Origin: Escherichia phage vB_EcoS_011D5
Strand: one strand, 5' to 3'
Sequence record: NC_073085.1
Length of the DNA: 45,204 nucleotides
Shown here: positions 26,938 to 37,200 of the stretch, in pieces
Layout: each line of letters starts with the position of its first letter
Position numbering within the stretch: position 1 is the first letter of the stretch
Program-made: the position numbers and the translations under genes
Notes under the pieces: generated by a model
Database searches by the model: none
Seen by the model: only the letters and a program-made list of their open reading frames with translations
Told to the model about the DNA's origin: nothing

Positions 26938-27663
26938 ATGGGTTATCAACTTCCTAACGGGTCTAGCGTCCAGATTGGGTCCGTACTGGGCAACGGTATC
27001 GCTGTTACGGCAGCTACCAACGCCGCCGCGTCGATCTCTGATCTTACGAAAGGTTGCGTTATCACCTGCGCGGCTTCTCATGGCCTGCAAGTTGGTGACG
27101 TGGTTATGTTCACTAAAACCCCGTGGGTACGTGCGCTGAACCGCGCGTTTATCGTGGGTAAAGTGGCGACTAACGACGTTACACTGGCGCGCTTCGACAC
27201 CTCGGACGTTACCAAATATCCTACCGGTGCTTTCGGCGTAGGCACACCAGGCGAGGTGGTGAAGGTGTCGAGCTTTATCGACTTCCCGTTTATCACTAAC
27301 GTCGCCGTGTCTGGTGGCGACCAGCAGACTACTACCTTCCAGCCGTTGCAGGTGAATACCGCGATCAGTCTGAACACCACGAAAAACCCGTTGGTCCAGA
27401 CCTACACTTTCACCCACGACGAAGAAGACCCGATCCGCCCGATTCTGGAAGACCTGGACGACACACAGAAAACCACTGTGATTAAGTTCACCAACCCGGC
27501 AGCGGCAAGCGGCAAAGGTGAGATCCGCATTTACCCGGCTAAGGTGTCTTTCCAGAAGATTCCATCTGCTGAAGTAAACAACGTGGAGACGGTGGAGTCC
27601 ACCCTCACTATGCAGTCCGATATGGTTATTTACCGTAAGGATTTGGTCGAGGCGCTGTCGTAA
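26938..27663 (+). CDS. Major tail (tube) protein
   Basis: 241 aa; RBS CAGGAG; followed by strong terminator and G/T chaperone genes. Confidence 0.7.
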   Translation: MGYQLPNGSSVQIGSVLGNGIAVTAATNAAASISDLTKGCVITCAASHGLQVGDVVMFTKTPWVRALNRAFIVGKVATNDVTLARFDTSDVTKYPTGAFGVGTPGEVVKVSSFIDFPFITNVAVSGGDQQTTTFQPLQVNTAISLNTTKNPLVQTYTFTHDEEDPIRPILEDLDDTQKTTVIKFTNPAAASGKGEIRIYPAKVSFQKIPSAEVNNVETVESTLTMQSDMVIYRKDLVEALS

Positions 27664-27691
27664 TTTGGTCGCTTAAATAGCGGGTGTTAAT

Positions 27692-27717
27692 ATGGGGCCA
27701 GTACGGCCCCTTTTTTA
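27692..27717 (+). terminator. Intrinsic terminator after the major tail gene
   Basis: GGGGCC-agta-CGGCCCC followed by T6. Confidence 0.75.
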
Positions 27718-27732
27718 TTGGAGAATTACATA

Positions 27733-28095
27733 ATGGCTAAATCACCACTCTTCACACTTGACCCTAAACCGACCTTTAAGCTGCCGATTGAGATCCCGCG
27801 CCCTGGTGAGAACGAACCGGGCAAAATGACGTTTACCGTGCGCCACCGCCCTATCGACGAATTTTCGCAGACCATGCAGGACACTGAGCGCAAATTGTCG
27901 GAGTATGACGACAATGACCCGGAAGGATTTAACGTTATGGTCGAGGCCATCATGCACGTCGCTGAAGGCTGGAATTTGCCGGACGAATTTAATGCTGCCA
28001 ACGTCCGCCGCCTGGTAGTCAACTACCCGCGCGCGTTCGGCGTGTTCCATACGTCATACTACCTCGAATTGATGGGGTTGCGTGAAAAAAACTAA
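27733..28095 (+). CDS. Tail assembly chaperone (gpG-like)
   Basis: Acidic ~120 aa protein between major tail and tape measure genes; ends at slippery run. Confidence 0.7.
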   Translation: MAKSPLFTLDPKPTFKLPIEIPRPGENEPGKMTFTVRHRPIDEFSQTMQDTERKLSEYDDNDPEGFNVMVEAIMHVAEGWNLPDEFNAANVRRLVVNYPRAFGVFHTSYYLELMGLREKN

Positions 28096-28409
28096 TTGAG
28101 GCGGCGCGGCGCTTTTATGGCCCGCCGCCACCCTCCGAAGATTTAGCCGCAAGTTTATGGGGCGCGACACCTGAAGACGTGTGTCCACCCGTTGCGCTGT
28201 GGCCCGACAACGCGAAGGTAGTCGCAGTCTTCACAGATTGCTCCACGCAATGGCGTACCGGATTTGGTGGCGCATACGGCATCGACTACGGCGTACTGGA
28301 ATGGTTATTTAAGATGCACGGCATCGAAAACGCGCAACGTGCGTTTAAAGATATCAAGCTAATGGAACGCGTTGCGCTGGATGAGATGGCGCGGCAGAAC
28401 CCCGCATAA
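27733..28409 (+). CDS. Tail assembly chaperone frameshift fusion (gpGT-like), joined by -1 shift at ~28086-28092
   Basis: Downstream ORF 28179..28409 lies in the -1 frame of the G-like gene and has no start or RBS of its own. Confidence 0.6.
28086..28092 (+). other. Candidate -1 programmed frameshift slippery heptamer A_AAA_AAC
   Basis: Heptamer 3 nt before the G-like stop; -1 frame open from 28086 to 28409. Confidence 0.65.
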
Positions 28410-28730
28410 CGAAGCGGGACAGGCGGGACGTCCCGTTTTGTCCCGCCACCATTAAACCGCATATATACTCACTTTCATTGCATAAACTAAAAGCGGGACA
28501 GGGGTGCTGTCCCGATCTGTCCCGCCCCTCAAAAGTGAATGGCTATGCGGTTTTTCTGCATAAAACAAACGGGACAGAAAGCGGGACAGAATGAGGCGGG
28601 ACAAAGCGGGACAGCACCCCTGTCCCAGTCAGTGCTGCCGCTGGTTTTAGCCGATCGGGACAGGCGGGACAAAGCCCAGTCTTTCAGACTAGACGGGGGT
28701 CAATGGCCCCCCTCGTCTGAGACTGAATAA
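28410..28730 (+). repeat. Composite repeat region copy B: ~12 GCGGGACA/TGTCCCGC units in both orientations, GGGACGTCCC palindrome, conserved hairpin block
   Basis: Direct reading; 28560-28730 is ~85-90 percent identical to 11320-11490. Confidence 0.85.
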
Positions 28731-28793
28731 GGTTTGTTTTAAATTCGCTGATACAATGACCGACGGCAACTGCATAAAAAGGGGGACTGCATA

Positions 28794-31436
28794 ATGGCAG
28801 ATCAGGCAGCGGGCATCACGCTCAAGGCGGACGTCGCGCAAATTAAAACGGCTAATACTGTGCTGGACACATTCGCGCAGAAATCCGAGAACACAGAACA
28901 GAAAGTAAAGAAATTAAACGACACACTCGGCAAGTCGAAAAAGGTTACTGGCGACGCCGCGGGCGGAATGGAAAAGTTAGCGACTGAATCGCAGCGCGCC
29001 GCCGACGGCATGACGAAACAGGAGCGACTAGCCAGCCGATTAGGCATGTCGACCAAAAACCTGGGATTTGCTTCACGGAACGCGGCATTCCAGTTACAGG
29101 ATATTGCGGTAACGCTTGAGATGGGTATGCCGGTGCACCGCGTCATGCTTCAGCAGTTACCACAGCTAACCGGCGCATTCGGCGGATTAGGTAACACGCT
29201 GCGTTATGTTGCGGGCTTCCTCGGCCCAGTAGGGATCGGACTTGCGGCAGTAACGGCGACATTAGGCGTGGGCGTGGCAATCACGTCACGGGCAGAGAAC
29301 CAGGTAGCCGCGCTTAATAAGACGCTGGCGCTGTCCGGTAATATTTCAGGCCTCACAGCTAACCAGATCCTTGTGCTGTCCGAGAACGCTGAGCGCATGG
29401 GCGGGTCATTTCGCAAGACGCGTGACACAATCCAGGCGCTGGCGGCGGCGGGTGTGAAAGCGGGTGGTGACTTCGGCGCATTGGCTAAGGTAGTTAATGA
29501 CTTTGCGAAGGTGTCCAGCCAGCCGATCGAGGATGTGGTGGCGGCGGTGGCGAAGCTGTCAACCGACCCCGTTGGCGGACTGCGTGCGCTGGCGGATAAG
29601 TATCACGTCGTAAACGAAGCGCAGATCCAGCAGGTACAGTCGCTCGTTGATGCGGGTCGTGAGACAGACGCAGTTGCGTTGGCTAACAAAACAGCCGCTG
29701 CGTCGTTCACCAGTATGACCAATGAGATCAAGGCGAACATGGGTACGCTTGAGCGATCTATGAACGTCGTCACATCGGCAGCCAAATCAATGTGGGATGC
29801 CATCCTGGATGTGGGCCGCGCGCAGTCCTCCAATGAGTCCGAGATGAAAGCGCGCGAATCACTACAGCGCATGACCACGGCTTACTATGCCGAGATGAAA
29901 GCGGTAAACGCTGCCGGTGGGGTAATGACTGAAGCGCAGAAAGCACGTATTAACATGCTTTACAGCGAACTGGTCGCCCAGGAAAAAGTGGTGGCGTCGC
30001 TCACCCTGCGTAACCGTGCTGAGCGAGACAACGCCCGCGCCGCAGACGAATCCGCAAAGGCGAACGAGGAGGCCAACCGCACTGCCCGTGACCGCGCCGC
30101 GTTCGAGAAGGAATACGCCACCAACGCTAAGAAGCGCGCCGACGAGATCGCCCGCCTCAATTTGCTGAATAAGCGCGGCGTTATTGATGAGAAAGAACTA
30201 GCCGAGGCGGTGAAGCAGGTAAACGAGCGGTACAAAGACCCAGCCCCGAAAAAGGCCGCGGCTGTTCGCGTGGATGCCGGTATGAAAATGCTGGAAGTCG
30301 CACGGAGCGAACTGGCCCAGCTTCGAGAATCCGGCAAGCAGATCGAAGCCAACGCGTCTACGCAGACCCGCACGCAACGCGCTCAAGCGGCCTTAAACAA
30401 GCTGATCGCCGACAATGAGCAGTTAATCGCTGCGAGCAAAGAAAGAGCGCTAACGGCAGCAGAAAAGCAGCAATTAGTCGAGTTCGGGCGCGTGAAGGAA
30501 GTCCGCGAGCAGATCGTCGAAGAAGCCAAATTGCTGGATGCGAAAGAGCAGCAGGTTAAGGCGCACGCGCAGATCGATGCCTTCGTTAAGAACCAGAACG
30601 CCGAACTAAAAGCCACCGCCGCGGGGTATGCGCTTTCCACTCGCGAAGCGGCAAACCTGCGCGAAGAATTGCAGCTAATTGACCGCCTGAAGCGGGTTGG
30701 CGCTAACGATACCGATATTGACAAGGCGGTGTCTAAGCTGCGAGAAGTGCAGGAAGCACAGACCGGCGCTAACGCCTCGTTATGGGATGGATTCAGTCGC
30801 GGGCTTAAGGATAGCGTGGATGAAATGGGTAACGGATATACGCAGATGGCGTCGCTCACGAAATTTACATTCAGCGCTATGCAGGACACGATGAACGAGT
30901 TTTTCGAGACTGGTAAGCTGAACGCAAAGGATATGGTTAAGTCCATCCTGAGCGAATTAATCAAGCTGGCTACCTCGCAGGCGTTCAAGTCCATCGTTAG
31001 CGCTTTCGGTGGTGACGGCGGCAAAAACGGATTGTTCGGCGCTATCTTCTCTGGCCTCACTAAGAATGCGGACGGCGGAGCGTACACAGGCGGCAATCTC
31101 GCGGCCTATTCGGGGAAAGTGGTAAGCCAGCCTACCTTTTTCAGTTATGGCGTCCAGGCGTTCGCTAAGGGCGCTGGGTTGATGGGTGAGGCTGGACCCG
31201 AGGCCATCATGCCACTGAAGCGCGGGCCGGACGGGAAACTGGGCGTTGCCGCGTCTGGCGCAGGCGGTGGTATGGTCGTGACGACTAACGTTTACACGGG
31301 GACCGGTAAGACGGACACCAGTGTTAGCGGGCCAGACCCACGTACCGCGCAGGCGTTCGGCAAGCAAATCACCGAGGCGGTGAAGTCCGAGATCGTGAAA
31401 GCGACTAAACCAGGTGGTGTACTTTACAAACGATGA
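28794..31436 (+). CDS. Tail tape measure protein
   Basis: 880 aa Ala/Gln-rich helical protein downstream of G/GT; Gly-rich segments. Confidence 0.85.
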   Translation: MADQAAGITLKADVAQIKTANTVLDTFAQKSENTEQKVKKLNDTLGKSKKVTGDAAGGMEKLATESQRAADGMTKQERLASRLGMSTKNLGFASRNAAFQLQDIAVTLEMGMPVHRVMLQQLPQLTGAFGGLGNTLRYVAGFLGPVGIGLAAVTATLGVGVAITSRAENQVAALNKTLALSGNISGLTANQILVLSENAERMGGSFRKTRDTIQALAAAGVKAGGDFGALAKVVNDFAKVSSQPIEDVVAAVAKLSTDPVGGLRALADKYHVVNEAQIQQVQSLVDAGRETDAVALANKTAAASFTSMTNEIKANMGTLERSMNVVTSAAKSMWDAILDVGRAQSSNESEMKARESLQRMTTAYYAEMKAVNAAGGVMTEAQKARINMLYSELVAQEKVVASLTLRNRAERDNARAADESAKANEEANRTARDRAAFEKEYATNAKKRADEIARLNLLNKRGVIDEKELAEAVKQVNERYKDPAPKKAAAVRVDAGMKMLEVARSELAQLRESGKQIEANASTQTRTQRAQAALNKLIADNEQLIAASKERALTAAEKQQLVEFGRVKEVREQIVEEAKLLDAKEQQVKAHAQIDAFVKNQNAELKATAAGYALSTREAANLREELQLIDRLKRVGANDTDIDKAVSKLREVQEAQTGANASLWDGFSRGLKDSVDEMGNGYTQMASLTKFTFSAMQDTMNEFFETGKLNAKDMVKSILSELIKLATSQAFKSIVSAFGGDGGKNGLFGAIFSGLTKNADGGAYTGGNLAAYSGKVVSQPTFFSYGVQAFAKGAGLMGEAGPEAIMPLKRGPDGKLGVAASGAGGGMVVTTNVYTGTGKTDTSVSGPDPRTAQAFGKQITEAVKSEIVKATKPGGVLYKR

Positions 31437-31443
31437 TAAAATG

Positions 31444-31473
31444 GCCCTCACAACCATCGTGGGGGTTTTTTTT
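31444..31473 (+). terminator. Terminator-like hairpin with T8 run after the tape measure gene
   Basis: CCCTCAC...GTGGGGG followed by TTTTTTTT. Confidence 0.4.
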
Positions 31474-32073
31474 ATGTCACAAGGTACAATCACACTAACG
31501 AAAGGAAGTAAGACCGTCACGGGCGCGGGAACGGCGTTCTTGAGCGGGGTCGGGAAGGTACGCGTATTCGCCCGCATCGAAGGCAACGACTACACCGGAA
31601 AAATTGCGGCATTCAACTCTAACACCGTCATCACCCTGGCGGATAACTGGGCCGGTCCAACGAAATCCGGTGCGGTGTATGAGCTAATCGAAGCACACGA
31701 CCCGCGATCAAACGAATGGCCCTATTACTGGCACATGCAATTGCAAGGAGGCGGCGACGTGCAGTTAGCTTTCCGGTCGGAGGAATTGCAATTCGGTAAT
31801 GGCTACGGTCAGAACATCGCGGACGGCCCGAACGCCGAAACGAAACAGTTCCCCGTGCAATTCGTCGGGCTGACTACTGACAAATGGTGCGACCCTAAGC
31901 TGGTTTACAACTTCCTTCGCGGGCACTTTGTAAAACCGTTCATCGTCACCGCGCCGGATGGCGAGACAGGTTTATTCGTGGTCGAGCGTTCGAGCTTGTC
32001 GTACACTGACAACGGGCACTACACGGCAACGGTATCCGCCACCCTTAAAACAGCTATTGGATTCGTAAGATGA
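31474..32073 (+). CDS. Minor tail protein (gpM-like position)
   Basis: Synteny after tape measure; ORF-track 31414..32073 trimmed to MSQGTITL. Confidence 0.55.
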   Translation: MSQGTITLTKGSKTVTGAGTAFLSGVGKVRVFARIEGNDYTGKIAAFNSNTVITLADNWAGPTKSGAVYELIEAHDPRSNEWPYYWHMQLQGGGDVQLAFRSEELQFGNGYGQNIADGPNAETKQFPVQFVGLTTDKWCDPKLVYNFLRGHFVKPFIVTAPDGETGLFVVERSSLSYTDNGHYTATVSATLKTAIGFVR

Positions 32074-32858
32074 ATAAACTCTATCGTGAAGCAACGCGCT
32101 TTGACCCATCGGGCCGCGTTCGCCTGATTCACATTGACGCGCAGGACGTGGAACCCGGCGACGGCGCGATCGGCGCGGGGCACCACTATTTTCACTACTG
32201 CTTTATTCCGCACACTGCCGAGGATATTGCTGCCGCTGGGGGTGACGAAGATAAGCTAAAACCTAAATCAATCTTCTTCGGCGGGCAGGAGTTCGAATTT
32301 TGGCCCTTCGATTTGTCCGGCCTCAACTTCTCCACATCAACGGCAGCAGAACCGCGGCTGACCATTGTCGATATTGGCGGAATTATCACCCGGCTGTCGC
32401 TGAACCACGACCAGCTACTGGGGGCGAAGGTTGAGATCATTGATACGTTCGCGAAGTTCCTGGATAACGGGACAGACCCAGACCCGACGCAGAAACGAGT
32501 TCAGGAGTATTACATCGACTCGCAGGTCGGGCGCAATCCGGGCAAGCAAATCACCTTCGCACTATCCTCACCTGCGGATATGGAAGGGCAGGTCGTTCCA
32601 CGTCGCCAAATCATGAACATGTGCGAATGGGCGCTCAACGGGAAGTACGCCAGCGGGGACGGTTGCACTTGGAACCTTGCGCAGCCAGGCATCAAGTATT
32701 ACGACGAACGCGGAAACGAAGTCATCGCAATGAATATGGACCGATGCGGCGGCTGTTTGTCTGATTGTTATCTTCGTTTCGGGCAAGGGCTTGCGGACCC
32801 TAAAGCTGCGGTGCTGGACTTCGGTGGTTTTCCTGGGTCCAAATTAATCAAGGGGTAG
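32070..32858 (+). CDS. Minor tail protein L-like with C-terminal Cys cluster
   Basis: CEWALNGKYASGDGC...DRCGGCLSDC as in gpL-like proteins; synteny. Confidence 0.65.
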   Translation: MNKLYREATRFDPSGRVRLIHIDAQDVEPGDGAIGAGHHYFHYCFIPHTAEDIAAAGGDEDKLKPKSIFFGGQEFEFWPFDLSGLNFSTSTAAEPRLTIVDIGGIITRLSLNHDQLLGAKVEIIDTFAKFLDNGTDPDPTQKRVQEYYIDSQVGRNPGKQITFALSSPADMEGQVVPRRQIMNMCEWALNGKYASGDGCTWNLAQPGIKYYDERGNEVIAMNMDRCGGCLSDCYLRFGQGLADPKAAVLDFGGFPGSKLIKG

Positions 32859-32860
32859 CC

Positions 32861-33601
32861 ATGTTAACGCAAAAGGTTAAAAGCGATATCGCCGCGCACG
32901 TTGCGGCATGTCTGCCTGAAGAAGCCTGTGGGCTGGTCGTCATGGTAGGCCGCAAACAAGTATTCGTCCCATGTCTGAACGTATTCGAAGACCCGACCGG
33001 CGTGCGCTCACGCAAAGACGCGTTCACGATTAGTGATATGGCCTGGATGGATGCGGAGGATATGGGCGACGTCGTGCGCGTAGTCCACTCTCATCCGGGC
33101 CAGCGCGAGCTTACCCCATCACTGGGCGACGTTAATGGATGCAACGGCAGCGGCGTAGTCTGGACCATCACTAACGAATATGGCGACTTTATCGAGATCG
33201 ACCCTGAAGACCCGCCGCTGGTAGGGCGTCGATTTGTTCTCGGAATTACGGATTGTTACGGCCTCGTCATGGACTGGCACAAAAAGCAGGGAGTAAACCT
33301 GCCAGACTTCCGCGTGCCATATAACTGGTGGGAGACAGGCGAAAATCTGTATATGGATAATTGGTACGGCGCGGGCTTCAGGGAGTGTGAGGAAAATACG
33401 CCGGGGGCGATGGTCATCATGCAGATTAGCGCGCCAGTGCCTAACCATGCCGGAATCTACCTTCCGGGCAACCAACTACTACACCACATCTACGGCAGCC
33501 TGTCGAGCGTGGTCCCCTTCCGGGCAGGATTTTTCCGGGACAATGTGGTTAAATGGGTACGTCATAAAGACCTACCGGGGAATATCACAGAATGGCAATG
33601 A
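32861..33601 (+). CDS. Tail assembly protein K-like (MPN/JAMM plus NlpC/P60)
   Basis: VVHSHPG JAMM-like motif; DCYGLVMDWH Cys-His; synteny. Confidence 0.7.
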   Translation: MLTQKVKSDIAAHVAACLPEEACGLVVMVGRKQVFVPCLNVFEDPTGVRSRKDAFTISDMAWMDAEDMGDVVRVVHSHPGQRELTPSLGDVNGCNGSGVVWTITNEYGDFIEIDPEDPPLVGRRFVLGITDCYGLVMDWHKKQGVNLPDFRVPYNWWETGENLYMDNWYGAGFRECEENTPGAMVIMQISAPVPNHAGIYLPGNQLLHHIYGSLSSVVPFRAGFFRDNVVKWVRHKDLPGNITEWQ

Positions 33602-34209
33602 CAACGTTTAAATTGTACGGCGTCTTGGGGCGTCGATTCGGTAAAGTGCATAAGCTGGACTGCTTCACTCCGGGCGAGGGTATCACCGGCCTGTGTGTGA
33701 AGTTACCCGGCTTACAGGACTTTCTAATGTCGGCCCACCTGGACAATATGATGTTCAAAGTGCGCAAGGGCAACCACACAATGACCGGTTATGATGAGCT
33801 TGGAGAGTTCCACGGCAACCGCGTAGTTACCATCGCTCCGGTTATGACTGGCGCAAAAAGAGGATTGGGCCAATTGCTGGCGGGTGTCGCGATCGTAGTG
33901 GCGTCGTTCTATACGGGCGGACTTGCTACTGCCGCTTTCGGGGCTTCGGCGGCAACCGCTGCCGCTATCGGTACGGCTACATTTTCGTTCGGCATGTCAC
34001 TTGCGCTGGGCGGTGCTATGCAATTGCTGTCCCCACAGCCGAAAGGATTGCAGACACGGCAGGACGTGGATAACAAAGCGTCGTATGCGTTCGGCGGGCC
34101 GGTAAACACGACCGCGCAAGGTACGGCACTTGGTGTATTATGGGGTGAGCGTGAGATCGGCGGCGCTATTATTTCAGCCGGAATCGTAACCGAGGATTTG
34201 AACGAATGA
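33592..34209 (+). CDS. Tail assembly protein I-like
   Basis: Gly/Ala-rich hydrophobic C-terminal half; between K-like and J-like genes. Confidence 0.6.
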   Translation: MAMTTFKLYGVLGRRFGKVHKLDCFTPGEGITGLCVKLPGLQDFLMSAHLDNMMFKVRKGNHTMTGYDELGEFHGNRVVTIAPVMTGAKRGLGQLLAGVAIVVASFYTGGLATAAFGASAATAAAIGTATFSFGMSLALGGAMQLLSPQPKGLQTRQDVDNKASYAFGGPVNTTAQGTALGVLWGEREIGGAIISAGIVTEDLNE

Positions 34210-37200
34210 CGATTGTCTATGACGTCACAGGCCATAAAGGCGGCGGTGGCAAACAGCACACCCCACAGGAGACACCCGATAGCCTGCATTCGCTGGCTAA
34301 AATCCGCATCTTGCTCGCGCTGGGAGAAGGTGAGTTCGAAGGTATTCCAGACCCTAACGAATTACGGCGGCGCGTATATCTGGACGGAACACCGATCCAG
34401 AATGCAGACCTGTCTGAAAACTTCCCTGGGGCGCGTGTGGAGTTCCGCCCCGGAACACAGCACCAGGATGTGATCCACGGATTTTCAGCGGTGGAAAGTG
34501 AGCAATCTGTCGGTGTAAAACTGGAAAACGGTACGCCGTGGGTGCGCCAGATTAACGATACCAGTCTGGACGCCGTGCGCATTCGTATCGGTATTCCGGC
34601 CCTGTACACTAACGAAGATAATGGCGACCTGGTGGGTGGGCGCATCGACTATAAGTTCGTTGTGTATACGGATAACGCCGACCCGCGTGAGTTTACCTTC
34701 GCTGCCGTTGGTAAAACAATGTCTCTATACGAGCGCGATCACCGCATCGAGCTACCGCCGAACGTTAACACCGGCTGGCGCGTGGAGGTGCACCGCATAA
34801 CGGCGAACTCCACATCGGCAAAAGTGGTTAACGATATCCAGGTGCAATCTATTACTGAGATTATCGACGCCCGTCTTCGCTACCCGCTAACCGCGCTGTT
34901 GTTCGTGGAGTTCGACGCTAAAGCGTTCCAGAACATCCCGCGCGTGTCCATCAAGTGCAAAGGCCGCAAAGTTCTAATACCGAACAACTATGACCCGATT
35001 AATCATACCTATTCGGGGGACTGGGACGGCACGTTTAAACGCGCATGGACGGATAACCCTGCGTGGCACTGGTACGATATTTGTATTACGGAACGCTTCG
35101 GCCTCGGTCGCCGGATCAAACCGCAAATGCTGAACCGGTACGCGCTCTACCAGATTGCGCAGCGCTGCGATCAACTGGTCAGCGACGGCAACGGTGGTCG
35201 AGAAATCCGCTTTAAGAATGATATGTACATTCAGTCACAGACGGATGCCTGGACCGTGCTTAAGGATTTGGCTGCCATCTTCGCCGGAATGACCTGGTGG
35301 GGTAACCAGATGTTGAATATCGTCAGTGACCAACCGGTAGCCGCGGTGTCACACACTATCACCAACGCATCTGTTATTGATGGGCGATTCGACTACGCAT
35401 CTGGAAGCCAGAAAACGCGGTATTCCACTTTCGCGGTAGCCTACGGCAACCCGAAAAACCACTATGATGATGCCATCGCAACGGGCCAACGTGTCGAACT
35501 GGTACGCCGCCATAAGATTAACCGTCTTGATATCACGGCGATCGGCTGTACGCGCGAGTCAGAAGCGCAACGCCGGGGGCACTGGGCGCTAATATCCAAC
35601 CAGCTTGACCAGCAGGTCAGCTTCAAGGTTGGCATGGAAGGTCTATTCTTTATTCCGGGTAGCGTAGTCGCGATCGCAGATACTAATATTTCTGGCGGAT
35701 TCGAGACTCGCGGCGGTCGCCTGTTGTCAGACCCTGGCACGCGTACCGTGCTTAACACAGACAGCGAAATCACATTCCGCCCTGGTGATAAGTTCCTGGT
35801 ACGCACCGATAGCGGAAATGTGGAGACTCGCGAGATCGCCAGCGTCAACGGCAACAAGGTCACTCTAAAAACCGCACTGGATGCCGACCCGATTCCAGAC
35901 CAACCGTTTTGCGTTGATGGCGATGATATCCAGTTGCAGAAATTCCGCATCACCGATCTGGAATATGACGACTCTACCAGCACTTTCTCGGTGCGCGGGA
36001 TTGAATACAACGATAGCAAGTATGATGCCGTTGATAATGGCGCTCGCCTTGATCCTGGTATCTTCACGCAAGTGCCTGATGGTGTAATGAAGGGGCCGGA
36101 ATCCGTGACCATCACCACGTCGCAGATTTCATCGCAAGGACAGCTAATCACCAACGTGGATATTGTTTTCCCGCCGGTGAAAGATGCCGTGGTGTATGAA
36201 ATCCAGTGGAGGCGTACTAGCCTGCAGAATATGGCGATCCAGTGGGGTAACGACTGGGTGAATATCCCACGCACGGCGTCGAATGGGGCACACATCCCTA
36301 ACGTGTTCTCCGGTAACTATCAGGCACGCGTCCGCGCAATTGGCATGGGCGAGATATCATCCCCGTGGGTGTCTTCCGCGATCACGCCGGTGGAAGGTCG
36401 CCTCGGCGGGCTTAACGCACCAATCATCACCAGCGCGATTTCGGGTCTGCATCAAATTCTATGGAAGTGGAACCACAACAACGCCGCTACGGATATCTCA
36501 TACACCGAGCTTGAAGTGCGCAAGACGGGTGAGGCAGAATGGAAATTCTTAACAAACGTCCCATACCCTGGCGCGGAGTATGCGCAAACGTCGCTGGAGT
36601 TCGGAATTTACCAGCAGTTGCGCGCCCGTGTAGCGGATAAAATCGGCAACCTGTCGGACTGGTCGGCCCCGTTTGAAGGGCAGGTGAGCGACAAAGTTGA
36701 CGAGTACATGAAGGGGCTTGATGACGAGTTCTTGACTTCCGAGGATGGTAAACACTTCCAGGAAGCAATCGACACCATTCCTCAAGGCATTTATGAGTCT
36801 ATGCTAACGGACGCACAGCAATTGATTAACGCCCGCTCCGAGTATCAAGGGATTTATGCGGAAATCAAGGTGGCGTATAACGTTGCCACGGACGCCCACA
36901 AGGCAGTAGCGCAACTGGAAACGTTGATCGGCACACGACTTGATGATGCGGAGGCGTCAATCCACACGTTGCAGACAGCGCAAAGCACGCACGAACAAGC
37001 GTTCGCCCAGTACCAACAAACTGTCGCCGCTAAGTTTGGGGAACAGGAAGCCGCCATCCAGCAGGTACAAACGGCAACGGCAGACGTAGCTGGCGCACTG
37101 GCGGAGTACAAGACCCAGGTCGCGGCACAGTTCGGTCAGCAGTCTGCCGCTATCGAGCAGAAGATGACGTCTTCGTTTAACCATGCTGGTGGCAGCGCCA

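Noticed and set aside
28539-28730. ORF-track 63 aa ORF spanning composite repeat copy B
   Set aside because: Same reason: low-complexity translation of the repeat array, no RBS, overlaps the conserved hairpin block.
28410-28730. Possible CRISPR array
   Set aside because: Repeat units are only 8-9 bp, occur in both orientations and have irregular 2-16 bp spacing; no spacer-sized unique segments and no cas genes.
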